DNA of 64,000 bases from the human T2T-CHM13v2.0 reference genome, Homo sapiens. Position 1 is the stretch's first letter. Each line of letters begins with the position of its first letter. Of this stretch, positions 1-17,190 are shown one piece after another. The notes under the pieces were generated by a model. It did not search any database. It was not told the DNA's origin and saw only the letters and a list, made by a program, of their open reading frames with translations. The stretch lies in the NCBI RefSeq assembly GCF_009914755.1, contig NC_060925.1, one strand, 5' to 3'. The translations under genes and the position numbers were made by a program.

Positions 1-301
<301 letters not shown>

Positions 302-364
302 CAGTATTTTGGACTTTATACTAAAGATAAGAAGCAGGCTGTAAAGGATTCGTGGTTTTTTTCT

Positions 365-701
365 CCTTCTCAGAAAGGAACATTTAATAGGGACCTACAG
401 ACAGAAGTCATGATGTCTGGGTGGCCACAAAATGAGATGGCAGATCCCCACACCATTACCCATCCCACCTCCCCCAGACAGAGCGCTTATATACCATAGG
501 AGAAGAATATGTAGCACAACTGAAGTACACTCTTTAGGGAAAGGCAAGAATGTTATGTGAATCTGCCTAAGGGGAAGATTTACAGTAAGTACATGCTCTT
601 ACACAAGGAACAGTAGATAAAATAGAAATCTCAGAGGCCTTCCCAGAACAGGGGTTAATATGGAAGATCAGCATCTACGATCGAGTTGCTTTAGCCTCCA
701 C
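365..701 (-). mobile_element. LTR fragment (LTR47-like)
   Basis: The reverse complement begins GTGGAGGCTAAAGCAACTC and contains GGTATATAAG and ATTAAA boxes. Confidence 0.65.
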
Positions 702-1750
702 GCTCCATCCCACTAACGCAGCTCTTAGTTTCACATGCCCTCGTCTTCCGCAATGGCCCCTGGGCCGTTAGAGAGGGTGCTTGATATTGTATAGTTTTAG
801 CAGCAGTGCATTGGCAGTGGAAAACAGATCTGGCCCAGTGGGATTTCAAATGAGGGAGATTCACAGGTTTGGTTGAATCATCTCTAGTCTTTGAAACTTT
901 GGTTTTGTTGGAAGTAAAACAATGAAAGACACACAGCATTAATAATTTGATATAATACACACAAAGATTATAATCAAAAAAGAATTTGTATGCAAGAACA
1001 ACAACAAAAAAACCCCTTTTCCATTAGAAAGCCAACTAAAAGCATTGTTAAATGAAAACCAAAAATTAAAACCTGGTTCTTCTTAATTCAGGAAATAATT
1101 CAGGATTTAGCCCAAAGTATAGTCAAAAAATAAAAACTGAAAAACAATGGTCAGGGCTAGAATCTAAATTTTTCTCTCTCCAGTTTCTCCATTTATACCA
1201 AAGATAAATCATATAAGGACCAATTTATTTGCAAAATAAATTTTAGTCTATTGTACTTGGCCTGATTATTTGTATAAAATATAGCAAGAGTAGTTATAGG
1301 TCATATAGACTTTTAAGTTGGCTTTGCTGGAACTTTTATAAACAATTTTAAATTCAACTTTTTAAAAGCCCCAAGGCTAGAAGCCAAACCAAGAATTCAC
1401 CATCAGACTGTGCTTATAATACCTGTATGAATTCCTGTCTTCTTGTGGTCCCAAAATATCTTGAGCTTCCTGGGCTGGAAAGTGACATTCTTGGCTTATC
1501 ACAGGTCAGGAACTTTGTAAGGGAACTATTTAGACAAGGTACCAGGCCAGTCTTTCTATGGGGATTCTTATTGACTCTTTGAAGACAATTGGAGCTTCTG
1601 GATAGATGAATACACGGAGGTTCCTGGAGGGTGGCATACCCAAGGAGGGAATGGAAGCTCCACATTCCTTCCCCCATACCTTGCCCTGCACGTCTCTTCA
1701 TCTGTATCCTTTGCAATGTCCTTTATTATAAGCCAGTAAATGTAAATGAG
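702..1750. mobile_element. ERV1 MER4-group internal remnant followed by a MER21-type LTR piece (1591-1750)
   Basis: Similarity to recalled consensus (ggaagctcc...cccccataccttgccct). Confidence 0.5.
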
Positions 1751-2342
1751 GTGTGTATAACTGTTTTAAGTTAAGAAACTTGTCCAAAGCCCTACAGCTA
1801 CTAAGCAGCTGGGCTGGAACTCAGGATTAACTCTGCCTGACTCCAAAGCCCATGCACCTCCATAGACCACACTACTCATGCAGCTTCACAAGGCTTTCAA
1901 AGTTCTGGAGTATGACACTTCTGCATTTGAAGCAGGATTCCTTTGAGATTCTCATCCATCAGAGACGGGTTCTTGCTATGTTGCCCTGACTGGTCTTGAA
2001 CTCTTGAGTGCAAGTGATCTTCCCACCTTGACCTCTCAAAGGGAAGGTGACTCTTTTTCAAATGCCTAAATCTCAAAAAGAATCACAAGGCATGCAATGA
2101 ATCAGGGAGCTAAAGCCCAAATGAAGGAATAAAATAAGTCCCTGGAAATGAATTATAAATGTATCAAGTTAATCTCAGTTCCTCAAAGCAGTCTGATCAT
2201 ATATGAAAATATGCCATTCTAGTCAAAGCCTTAGGAATAATCAGTGTTGCCAATTGTGTCAAACAAAAGCCATTATGGTCCATGGGAGGAGATGGCAGAT
2301 CCCACCAAATTTTGCTTTTATTTTATTTTTTAAAAATATTAA

Positions 2343-2627
2343 TTTTGAGATGGAGTCTCACTCTGTCGCCCAGGCTAGAGTGCAGTGGCACCATCTTGGC
2401 TTACTGCAATCTCCACCTCCTGGGTTCAAGTGATTCTTGTGCCTCTGCCTCCTGAGTAGCTGGGATTACAGGCACACACCACCACACCTGGCTAATTTTT
2501 ATATTTTTAGCAGAGATGAGGTTTCACCATGTTGGCCAGGCTGGTCTCGATCTCCTGACCTCAAGTGATCTGCCCGCCTTGGCCTCCCAAAGTGCTGGGA
2601 TTACAGGTGTGCGCCACTACACCCAGC
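2343..2627 (-). mobile_element. AluS
   Basis: Dimeric Alu consensus. Confidence 0.95.
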
Positions 2628-2654
2628 CCAAATTTTTCTTTTAAAAGTTCCTTC

Positions 2655-4560
<1,906 letters not shown>

Positions 4561-7500
4561 AAAATGGGATTACTAAGTTAAAGAATTTTTTGAAAGCTCT
4601 TTTCTGACTAAAGTGGAGAATGAACCACTCAGTGGAGATGAGCAGGAGTGGAAGGTGAGGAGGCCACTGTAGTAATTCAGTGAGAGGTGATGATGGCCTG
4701 GACCCAGGGTGGCAGTAGAAAAAGAGACAAGTGGACAGATGTGAGATGTGTTTTGGTGACAGAATTGACGAAACTTGCCGAAGGATCAGATCTGCCAGAA
4801 CAGGCAAAAGACAATCAATAATGACTAGAAGTACCTTTGATTGAGAACCAGAAGATGGGAGTGAGTGGTGGGTGACTGTGAAGTACAGGGTTTTTTGGAA
4901 GGGGAAATCATAAGTTCTGTTGTTGAGTTTGAGTTGTCTGAGATGTCAAGGGGAGATATCAAGTAGATTATTTTTGTTTGTCTGTTTTAACTTTGTAGCA
5001 ATAGCAATTTAACTCCCTAAAGCTACCAACTTCTCAAAAGTGACCTTTCTTGATTTGGATTTAAAATTTTTCATTTGTATAACTGAAGGGCCCATTTAGA
5101 TAGTTTTTCAAAAATAAAAGAATAATCTGACTCTAAGAGTATCCAAGTGTCAAATTCTCCAGAAAACTGCTTGCAGTTTTGAAATGAATTTTTCCAGCTC
5201 CATTGCTATTCCCACTGAGGTTTCAATAATTTCGAAGTCAACTTTCGGACAGCTCAGCCTCAGGTAAGAAAGTCTCCCTCTAGTAGCCTCTGTAAGAACA
5301 CCCTCAGAGCCTGCGTGCCTAAGACTGCACGCTCAGCTGGGAGTGCGGAACTTTATGCTGGATGGTGCATATATATTTCTTTCTCAAGCATCTCTACTAC
5401 ACTGTAAACATGTTAGGAATGGGAATTTTATATCTTTAGTAGTAGCATATATGCAGTGCTAGATATTTGTGAATTGGATTATTATAAAGGTATATGTTTT
5501 TTGATGTCATAAAACTCATTAGTGAAGTGCAAAAATTTAAATGTGACAGGGAACTGGGAAGTCCAAGAAGAAAGCCAACTTTGAGCCACTGGGTTTTCAG
5601 TTAGAGGTCCAATGCTGTCTTACCTGAAGCCAAGTCATTGTTGAAAAAACGTAACCAAGCAACGAGTTGATTTCTCTATGCAATGGCAAACAACCAGTTT
5701 GACTGCTTTCTTGCACTGAATTAACTGAATTTAAGAACCTGGTAGTAATTTAACTAAGGCTCATACAGTATCAGTATTAGGTGTACATTAAGTATATCCA
5801 TAAATACTTTTATGAAAGCTCTAGATTTTACATTGGTGATTTAGAGGTTTTGATGCTTTCTTTCTGGCTTTTACTGAGAGGTTTTTTTTCAAAGCAGAGA
5901 ATTTTCACTTTCTAAATTAAAAAGAATGCCAATTAAGGAGAAAGAAATATCACTGATTTTTGTGATTTTAAATCATTCAGTCAACAAATATTTGAGTTAC
6001 TGGACTCCTCTGGTCACCAACAAAGCAATTATCTGCTAGAATTTGCACTCTGGTGGGAAATTGTCGACAAATAAATTTCAAACAAATCATTTGTTGGGTG
6101 ATAATTTAAGTGTGCTAAAGAAAAATAAAGTATGCCTGAGGAGATGGAGTGTAGAGGGGATGTGTGCATTTTTAGCTAGGAGTCAGGGCTGGCCTCTCTC
6201 AGATGACATTTGATCTGAGACCTGCGTGAAGTGAGGGTGTGAGCTATTTGAGAATAAGAACATTCCAGGCAGAGAGAATAGCAAGTGCAAAGGCCTCATC
6301 CAAGACTGGCACACAATTATTTTTTAGTGTATTTAAATCCACGAGCTTCAATTATTTTCCCTTTTATTATTTAAGGCAGACACTTGCATTTTGAATAAGC
6401 AGGACATCAAGAGAGTGATTACCATACAACCTTCTGAAATTCCTCAGTGTTTAGCACTTCACATTTAGTGGCAGAGATAAAACTCCAGCAATTGCATATC
6501 CTTGTCTGAATTGTGGGAACGTACACAAAGTACTTCACCTGTTTATCTCTGGTTTTTCTCTTCAATTGTCAGTGCCCCTCCTGCCACAGAGGACAGATTT
6601 AAAAATTGCAGACAATGGAATATGTAAGAGTTAGGATGAACATGGGGGCAGAATAACATGTGAAGACAAAATTTAGTAAGCCAATTGAGTCTAAACAATA
6701 CTTAAATGATACTTAAAAGACTTAAAGGGCTCTGAGTAAACATGTTAAGATCCCTTAAGCACTTGAGAAGCATTGGTTTATTTCAAGTTTATGAGAGCTG
6801 GTTTTGACCCATTTCTTTCATTTGGTAAAGGCTATCTCCTCAACAATCCTTGATTACACTCATTCTTGTAATCCGGGGGATTGTAAAGAAATTAGGTCAA
6901 TTTTACTTTTTAAATTCTTTCTAATTGAGATGTCTCACTTATTTAATTTGGTCTTTTCCAGGTAATAAGGTTTAATGTGATTTTGCGATGTTGATTTTAA
7001 CAATTAAATTTTCAGGGACCATAATATTTATAATTTATGTAAATAAAATTTTTTATTACTTCATCATGCGGAATTTGCTGGCCAATTTTTTTCAAACTGG
7101 GAGGATAAAATTAAGATGGTCTGACTTAAAATAAATAGAAGGACCTGAAGGGCCCCAGAAAGACTGGATAAGCATCTTTCAGTACAACTGAAACAATGGG
7201 ACAAGGAGAGATAAAACTTCTGGCTACAAGAGAAAAAACTATAGACTTGAGGCAACAAATGGTGCCTCTGTTATTTGAAATTCAATAAAAAAGCAGGACA
7301 CTGTGATTTATTCTAGCTGCTTTCAAATGGTCCACTCCATTTGACATACTTCAGGATGAGTATGAAAGACATTTATTTATTTATTAATTAATATCTATGT
7401 ACCAGGGACTGCACTAAGTGCTAATATATGTATAGCATACAGTAGTAAGAGATAGACAAAATGTCAGCCTTTATGGAACTTACATTCTAGTGGGAGGGTC

Positions 7501-7838
7501 AGACAATAAACAAATAGATAACGATTACAGAAGAATGAATACTGTTGGGTATTCCTCCATCCCTCTTTTACTTCCTTCATGCCTTTCTTATTTTCCTCCA
7601 CTCCTTCCTCCCTCCCTCCCTCTCTCTCTTCCTCCCTTCTTCCCTTCCTCCTTCCCTTCCTTCCACATTTTTAATTTGAACTGCTTTTTGAGTGTGGTGA
7701 GAAGCCAGGAGCCTACAATTTGTTATCTTGCCCAGCTATAGATTCACTAAGTGACCTCTAGCAACTCACTTACCATCTTAGGGGTATTTCTGGTAAAACA
7801 CAGGGAACAAATAAATTCAAAGCTGTGAACTTGCTTAA

Positions 7839-8245
<407 letters not shown>

Positions 8246-8675
8246 TCAGTCAATCTCTTTAAACATGTAAATGTGAGAGCAATCACTGTTCTTTCTTCCA
8301 CATGGCCTGGATTGCTGGATGATGCAGAATGAGAGGCTCTCTTTATGCTGATAGTCCCAAAGGGCCCTTAATTACATTAGCAATTAGCATGAAGAATTGG
8401 ATCGTTTTAGAGACTTGTGAGAATGACATAACGAGAGAGAATACAAATGTAAAAGACACAAAATTTCAGGCCCGTAAGACTAGTTTGGAAACTTTAGAAA
8501 GAGGGAGTCTATAGAACATAAAACCTGTTGGAGAATCTGTCTCCAAACTGTTTCCAAAATAGCTAGAGAAGTGATTCCTTAGAAAAGTCATCTATTGAGC
8601 AGATTTTCAAAGCTGACAAATTTGATTTACTTTGTATATATACCAAAGTTTCTTCTGGTATTTGTATTCACTGAA

Positions 8676-8677
<2 letters not shown>

Positions 8678-8716
<39 letters not shown>
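8678..8716. repeat. (TG)n microsatellite, ~19 units
   Basis: Seen directly. Confidence 0.97.
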
Positions 8717-8719
<3 letters not shown>

Positions 8720-9409
8720 CGGAGTAATTTTTGTTGTTTTCCCTCATCCTCTATTTTTAAAAGTTCGATCATGAATACTTAGGTTTCGCCAACATGTTAG
8801 TTTACAGACATGTAAACGTAATTCCACAATTGGGCAGAGATTACTTCCAAAATTTGCCTGACGAGAAGGTGAAATTGAATGTTAGGGCTGCCCCCGGGGT
8901 TCCACTGCCTGGCAGGTGTGGCTGGCAGGTGAGGGAGCCACAGCCACGTGTTTGCCTGGAGCAGCTCCTGGCATCTGCCACCCCATGCTCTGGCTGCCTG
9001 GAGCTCCCGCCGCACTGGCCAAGCAACGCTCCATGATTGACAGAATAGAGGCCCAGCCAGGCCTTTTTATTTCAGGCTCTGCAGTTGAAAGAATCATAAA
9101 TTGGGGAGAATTGAGGGAAGCAGGGCCCAGGAAGGCAAGTAACAGTGTGCTAGGGGCGGAAAGGACTTCAGTGGCCCAGAGAGGGGGAGACTTGCCCTAG
9201 GCCACTAAATGAGTCCCCAGATAGGCCTCAGGGTGCTTGCCTCAAAATTCCCCTCACTAGGCCTGCTGCCTCTCAGGACAGGGCAGAGTTTTTCTCAGGC
9301 CTCCCTGATGCTCAGGAGGCCTGAGCCTGTCATGGCACATCAGTATTCAATGCCACCCACTCAGAGAGGCCAACCCTGGCCACCCAGAAGAACGACTTAA
9401 GGCAGTCAT

Positions 9410-10920
9410 CCTGTCCTAGCTCTCAGCATTGTACTCCTTGTCATCCGATATTTTCTTACATATTTATTTGCTTATTCATTTGTCTTCTTTACAGGAATAT
9501 AAACTGCATGGTATCAGGAACCTTATCTGTCTTTTTCATGGCAGCAGTCCCAGTTCCTAGAAGAATGCCTGCTGGTTCACAGTAGGTGCTCAATAAATAA
9601 TTGTTAATAAATAAATGAATGTCCAGCTCATCAGTATAAGTTCAGAATTGCTTTATCTTAGTTTCTCATTGGTCCTTAATCACCGATGCTTTGGAACATT
9701 ACAGCTTTTATTTTTTCCTGGTATATGTGTATTAATCTGTAAACGTATACATGAGATGTTTTTTAAGGTACCTTGCTATTTTTTTGTATGTGAGGAGCCC
9801 CTTCTTTCCCAAGACTTGGTTGTTTAGAGTCAATCACCTGTCAACCCTAAATAAGTAGAATGAACAGATCTTAAAAAAGTATTTAGAAAGATAGCTCTGA
9901 TGGTGATGTGGCAGATTAGAGCTGAGACTAGTTAGGAGGAAGCTGTTATCAAGAGCACGTAAGGGCCTGACAAGGATAGTGGGAGGATGATGAGGAAATG
10001 CAATGAAATCAGAAGGCCCTTCAGAGAACAACAGTCTTAGCAGCAAATTTCACACAGAAGGTGAGAGAGTGAGCAGTCGGAACAAACGTTGAGTGTTCTA
10101 ACTTTCCCGTGGAGGTAAATGCTGATGCCATTAACTGATATATATAAAAACCAAACAAGTTGAGTTCTTTTGAGAAGAAAGAGTTGTGAAAATGACATGT
10201 TTGGACCTCAGATATTTTGATTTTGAGGTGTTTGTGGGACATGCAGATGGAAGTTTCCAATAAATATTTGGACATTGAGTTTTGGAGCTTAGAAGAAAGG
10301 TAGGACTGAAAACGGACAGTTCAGAGTTGTCTGAATATAGGTATATGTGAGAGATTAAGTTCTGGAAGTAGATGAGAAAGTCCAGCAAACTGCAAACAAA
10401 TAAGAGGGAAAACTAAAAAATGTAGCATTTGTAGAGGTAATAGGTACAGTGGTAAAAAGCTGCGAGACTTTGGACAAATTACTTAAGTTTCTTGTGCCCT
10501 TGATCTCTTCACCTGTGAAATGGGTTACTTAATAATACCTACCTGAGTTGTTGAGAAGATAAATGTATTACACACAAAGTGCCTATTTAGTACAGTGCCT
10601 GGCACATAATCCAGATTATATCATTATTTTCCCAGGAGTAAGGATATTTAAGGTAATATAGAAAAAGAAGCCAAGTAAGAATACTGGGAAAGAGTGATCT
10701 GAGTCAGAAGAGAATGAGACAGAGCAGTGTCACAGAAAACAGAGGGAAGAGTTTGAACGAGGAGGTGGTCAACAGTGTCAAACGGCACAGGGGGATCCTT
10801 TAGAATGAGAAGTCAGTAGGGGTCCTTGGCTGTGATGATTAGGGAGTCATTTGTGTCCTCAGAAAGAGTAAGGTCAAGAGAGCTGTATGGATGGGTTGAA
10901 GAGAAAATGAAAATGACCTC
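9410..10920. mobile_element. L2 fragments (3' end on + at ~9580-9620; minus-strand piece 9800-10920) with a MIR at ~10440-10610
   Basis: agtaggtgctcaataaata...aatgaat L2 tail and the MIR core (ctgtgaaatggg...acagtgcctggcacata). Confidence 0.6.
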
Positions 10921-11171
10921 TGTTCAGAGATGGTGAATTGAACACTTTCACTTCCCTCCAGTCTTAAAACTTCACTGATACAATAGTAAAGGGATTTTTT
11001 TTTCATAAACAAAGAAAAGGAAAAGACAGATGACAACAACCAAATTTTGGAAACTGAAAAGCAGGTAGATGAGTGTTAATTTGCTGAGTGCAACTGAGAA
11101 AATAGAAAACTAGAGCTGTAATGAAGGAAGCACAGAAGGAAGCTGAGTTGCTCAATAGAACCCAAGGAAGG

Positions 11172-11223
11172 CCTCCAAATTAGGGGTTGTAGGTACCTCC
11201 AAATTAGGGGTTGTAGGTACCTC
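11172..11223. repeat. Perfect 24-bp tandem duplication CCTCCAAATTAGGGGTTGTAGGTA x2
   Basis: Copies at 11172-11195 and 11196-11219, followed by CCTC. Confidence 0.95.
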
Positions 11224-12533
11224 TGAAAGTAGGGGTGAGACTTAAGATGAAAACTGAAAGTCTGCTTAAGAAGTAGTTAGACCGTCCTCTCTCCTTCATC
11301 CTGTCCCACCAAGATTCATCCCCAACCCAGCAGAGCCAGGACTGTTTTTTCCATATTGGGGCAGAAGACGGGATAGAGAGAGTGAACGGAATGACTCTGT
11401 GGAAGGCCACAGTAGAAACGGGAGGGTTAAGCTGAAGTCTATATGCTGAGTGATGAGATAGCCCAGCTACATTCACCCACTCTTCCAGGAATGCTGGAAT
11501 CGGTTTATATCTTCTAGAAAGAAGAGTGAAAGATTTTTCTTTAAATAAATGAATATCCCAGAATCAGGAGTCTCCCAGTAAAATGGCTCAGCCAGATAAT
11601 CTTGCAGCAATGTCTACCTGTTAACAACATATAGTGCTCCCATAGTTGTGTGTGCGTCTAAAATATTAACAAATGACATCCAAGAATCATCAGTGATGTT
11701 AGCTAAGCTGCTAACATGAAAGTTAGAGACTAAAAAAAAAACAAAAAATGCGATAATGAGGATGAAGAAAACCTAGAACAAAAAAGGAGAAAACAACATG
11801 TAACACTCAGAAAACAAAAATAAGTTCTTAAAATTAAATATTTGATAGTAGAAATTAAAATCTCAGTTAACTTATTTTGTATTGCTGCATCTTAGCACAG
11901 AGTAGGGTCTTAGTAAATATTTGTTGAGTGAGAGATAAAGGCTTGCGAAGTGCAGTCAAGAAACTCCCACATGAAGTTAGAAAAGTGACCTATGTGATTG
12001 ATTCAGGAGTTTTATCATCAAAATAATATAAATTTTTTAGTAAAAGAATAAAGAAAATAGGGAAAGTGAAATTAACAAAAAATAATTTGAAGATTTAATT
12101 AATTTAAATAACTCATCTTAACTGAAGGCAGTTTCTAAGTTGAATTTTTCAATGGGTGCCTAAGAAAATGTATGGAAAAAGAGTCAAAGAGCCATGCTCG
12201 GACAGATCACTGTGAACTTTCAGAAAACTCAAGACAAAGAGAGAATCTTAAAAGCGTAGATGGAAGTGGGAAGTGGAGTGATAAATTGTCCTATTTACTG
12301 TGGCTGTGTAACAACAAATTGCTCTAAAATTTAGTGGCTTAAAACCATAACATACTTACTATCTCTCACGATTCCTGAGAGACAAGAATGCAGAGTGGCT
12401 CAGCTGGGTTGTTCTGGCTCAGTGTCTCAAGAGGTTTTAGTCTGTGGCTTGGGCTTGAACATTTCAAAGCCTTCCCTCATATATCTGGGAAGACTTGACC
12501 AGCTAGGGCTGAGATAGCTGAGGTACCATTCAC

Positions 12534-12658
<125 letters not shown>

Positions 12659-12676
12659 ATGTGGTATCTATATCAT

Positions 12677-13108
12677 TGTTATGGTTTGAATGTATGTGTT
12701 CATTTAAAGTTCATATGTTGTATATTGGAATTTAAACCCCAAGCTGATGGTATTAAGAGGTGAGGTCTTTGGGAAGTGATTGAGGATGGAGTCCTCAAGA
12801 AGGGATTAGCATCCTTATAAAAGAGGCCCCAGAGAACTGCCTGGCCTTTCCATCTCTCCTGCCATGTGAGGACACAGTGTTCTCCCCTTCCACCATGTGA
12901 AGACATAGCAAAAAGATACCATCTTGTAAATACACTTAGATTGAGATACCCATCTTGGAAGCAGAGAGCAGCCTTCGCCAGACACTAAATCTGCCAACAC
13001 CTTGATCTTGGATTTCTCAGTCTCCAGAACTGTAAGCAATACATTTCTGTTGTTTATAAATAACCAGTCTGAGATATTTTATTGTAGCAGCAGGAATGGA
13101 CTAAGACA
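12677..13108 (+). mobile_element. Solo MaLR LTR (MST/MLT1A type)
   Basis: TGTTATGGTTTGAATG...GGACTAAGACA termini with a perfect 5-bp TSD ATCAT (12672-12676, 13109-13113). Confidence 0.9.
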
Positions 13109-13859
13109 ATCATGATGTGAGCTCACAAGGTGCTCACACATGCACAGGCATGAGAGAGAGAGAGAGAGAGACCACATTAGCCATTTATTATTATTATTAT
13201 TATCTAGCCTTGGAAGTCAGGTAGCATCATTAATATCTCATTCTGGTTACAAAGGTCCACCAGGTTCAAGTAGAGGCAACATACATTCCAGCTTTGATGG
13301 AGGAGTATAAATGTTATATTGTAAGAAGAGCATGTAGAAAGGGAAAAAAGCAATTAAAACAGCCTACATGAAAGAACAGGGAATCAGAATGGCATCAAAG
13401 TTCTTAATAGCAACACTGGATACCAGAAGACAATGGAAAAATGCCTTTTAAATCCTCAAGGGAAATAACTTCTAACCTAAAATTCTGTATTCAGTCAAAC
13501 TATGAGTAAAGAATGAAGGCAGAATAAATACATTTTTATACATTCAACTTCTCAGGGAATTTATTTTCCATATTATATCAACCAGGAAATTTCTGGAAGC
13601 TGAGCTCCATCAATAGAAAGGCTTAACCAAAGAATGAAGGAGATTCAGGAAATGAAACTCCAACCAGGAGACTGGTGAAAGCAACCCCCAGGATGAAAAT
13701 TATGCAGCACCTAGGACTGGAGAGGAAGACAGAAAACTCAGGAGTGATGTATCCATGAATTTGATATATTTTCTCATGTGTTTTAATGCTCCAAGAATGT
13801 GTGGATAAATTGCAGTAAGTACATAGAAAACTGAGTAAAGAAAAAAAAAAACCAAAAAG

Positions 13860-14060
13860 TATACATGAATATTTGTAATATATGTAATATACATGTATAT
13901 ACATGAATATTATGTATAATATATGTAATATACATGTATATACATGTAATATATGTAATATACATGTATATACATGTAATATATGTAATATACATGTACA
14001 TACATGTAATATATACATGTGATATACATGTACATACATTATATATACACAAATATATCA
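13860..14060. repeat. AT-rich minisatellite, 30-bp unit ATATGTAATATACATGTATATACATGTAAT
   Basis: Three near-perfect copies at 13921-14010 plus degenerate flanks. Confidence 0.92.
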
Positions 14061-14322
14061 TAGTACATGCATGGCCAAACTGTAAGTAAAATCTGCATAG
14101 TCATAAGAATATATGTTAATATTTAACCTATAAAGAGTGGAAAATTATGTATGTGGGGGGGAAGGGGCAGAAGTGTGTTTTTTTTTGTTTTTTGTTTGTT
14201 TGGTTGGTTTTTTCTTTATCTCCTACAGGAAAGAAGCAGTGTGTTTAAGAGAGCTAAATCCTAATATTCACAGGACAAAGTCAACACATAATATCTAAAA
14301 CTGAAAAAATAAAAAAAGTGTC

Positions 14323-14716
<394 letters not shown>

Positions 14717-15053
14717 TCATTCTTTAATAAGTTTTACAAAAATATCTCATTTAAAATCGTGTATACATTTGATTAAAATAAAAATTATTACTATTTTAGG
14801 AAATTATGAATGGATATTTCTGCTAAAATATGGAGGTTTGCACCCATGTCTTTTCCCCTTCTCGGTCCTACTGGTTACAGCAAATAAACTTAAAAGGACA
14901 AAGAGAATGAAAGAAGAAACAAGAGCTAGGGAGAAGTTTATACTGTTAGTGATAGAGAACCTTTGTTTAGAAAAAGACTACAAAATTAGGTATGAAAGTA
15001 AATATAGTTAGAATAAGAAAAGATATCACAACAAATTACTAATTTAAAAAAGT

Positions 15054-15358
15054 GGCCGGGTGCGGTGGCTCATGCCTGTAATCCCAACACTTTGGGAGGC
15101 TGAGGCGGGCGAATCACGAGGTCAGGAGTTCAAGACCAGCCTGGCCAATATGGTGAAACCCCGTCTCCACTAAAAATACAAAGATTAGCTGGGCATGGTG
15201 GTGTGCGCCTGTAGTCCCAGCTACTCGGGAGGCTGAGGCAGACGAATCGCTTGAACCTGGGTAGGCGGAGGTTGCAGTGAGCTGAGATCGTGCCACTGCA
15301 TTCCAGCCTGGGTGACAGAGTGAGACTCCATCTCAAAAAAAAAAAAAAAAAAAAAAAA
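15054..15358 (+). mobile_element. AluS (Sg-like)
   Basis: Full Alu with poly-A. Confidence 0.95.
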
Positions 15359-15369
15359 GTGAACAAACA

Positions 15370-17189
<1,820 letters not shown>

Positions 17190-17190
<1 letters not shown>

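Noticed and set aside
13623-14061. ORFs with repeated ILHILHVYTC / YITCIYM motifs; array superficially CRISPR-like
   Set aside because: These are translations of an AT-rich minisatellite. The repeats are contiguous with no spacers or cas genes, and the context is eukaryotic.
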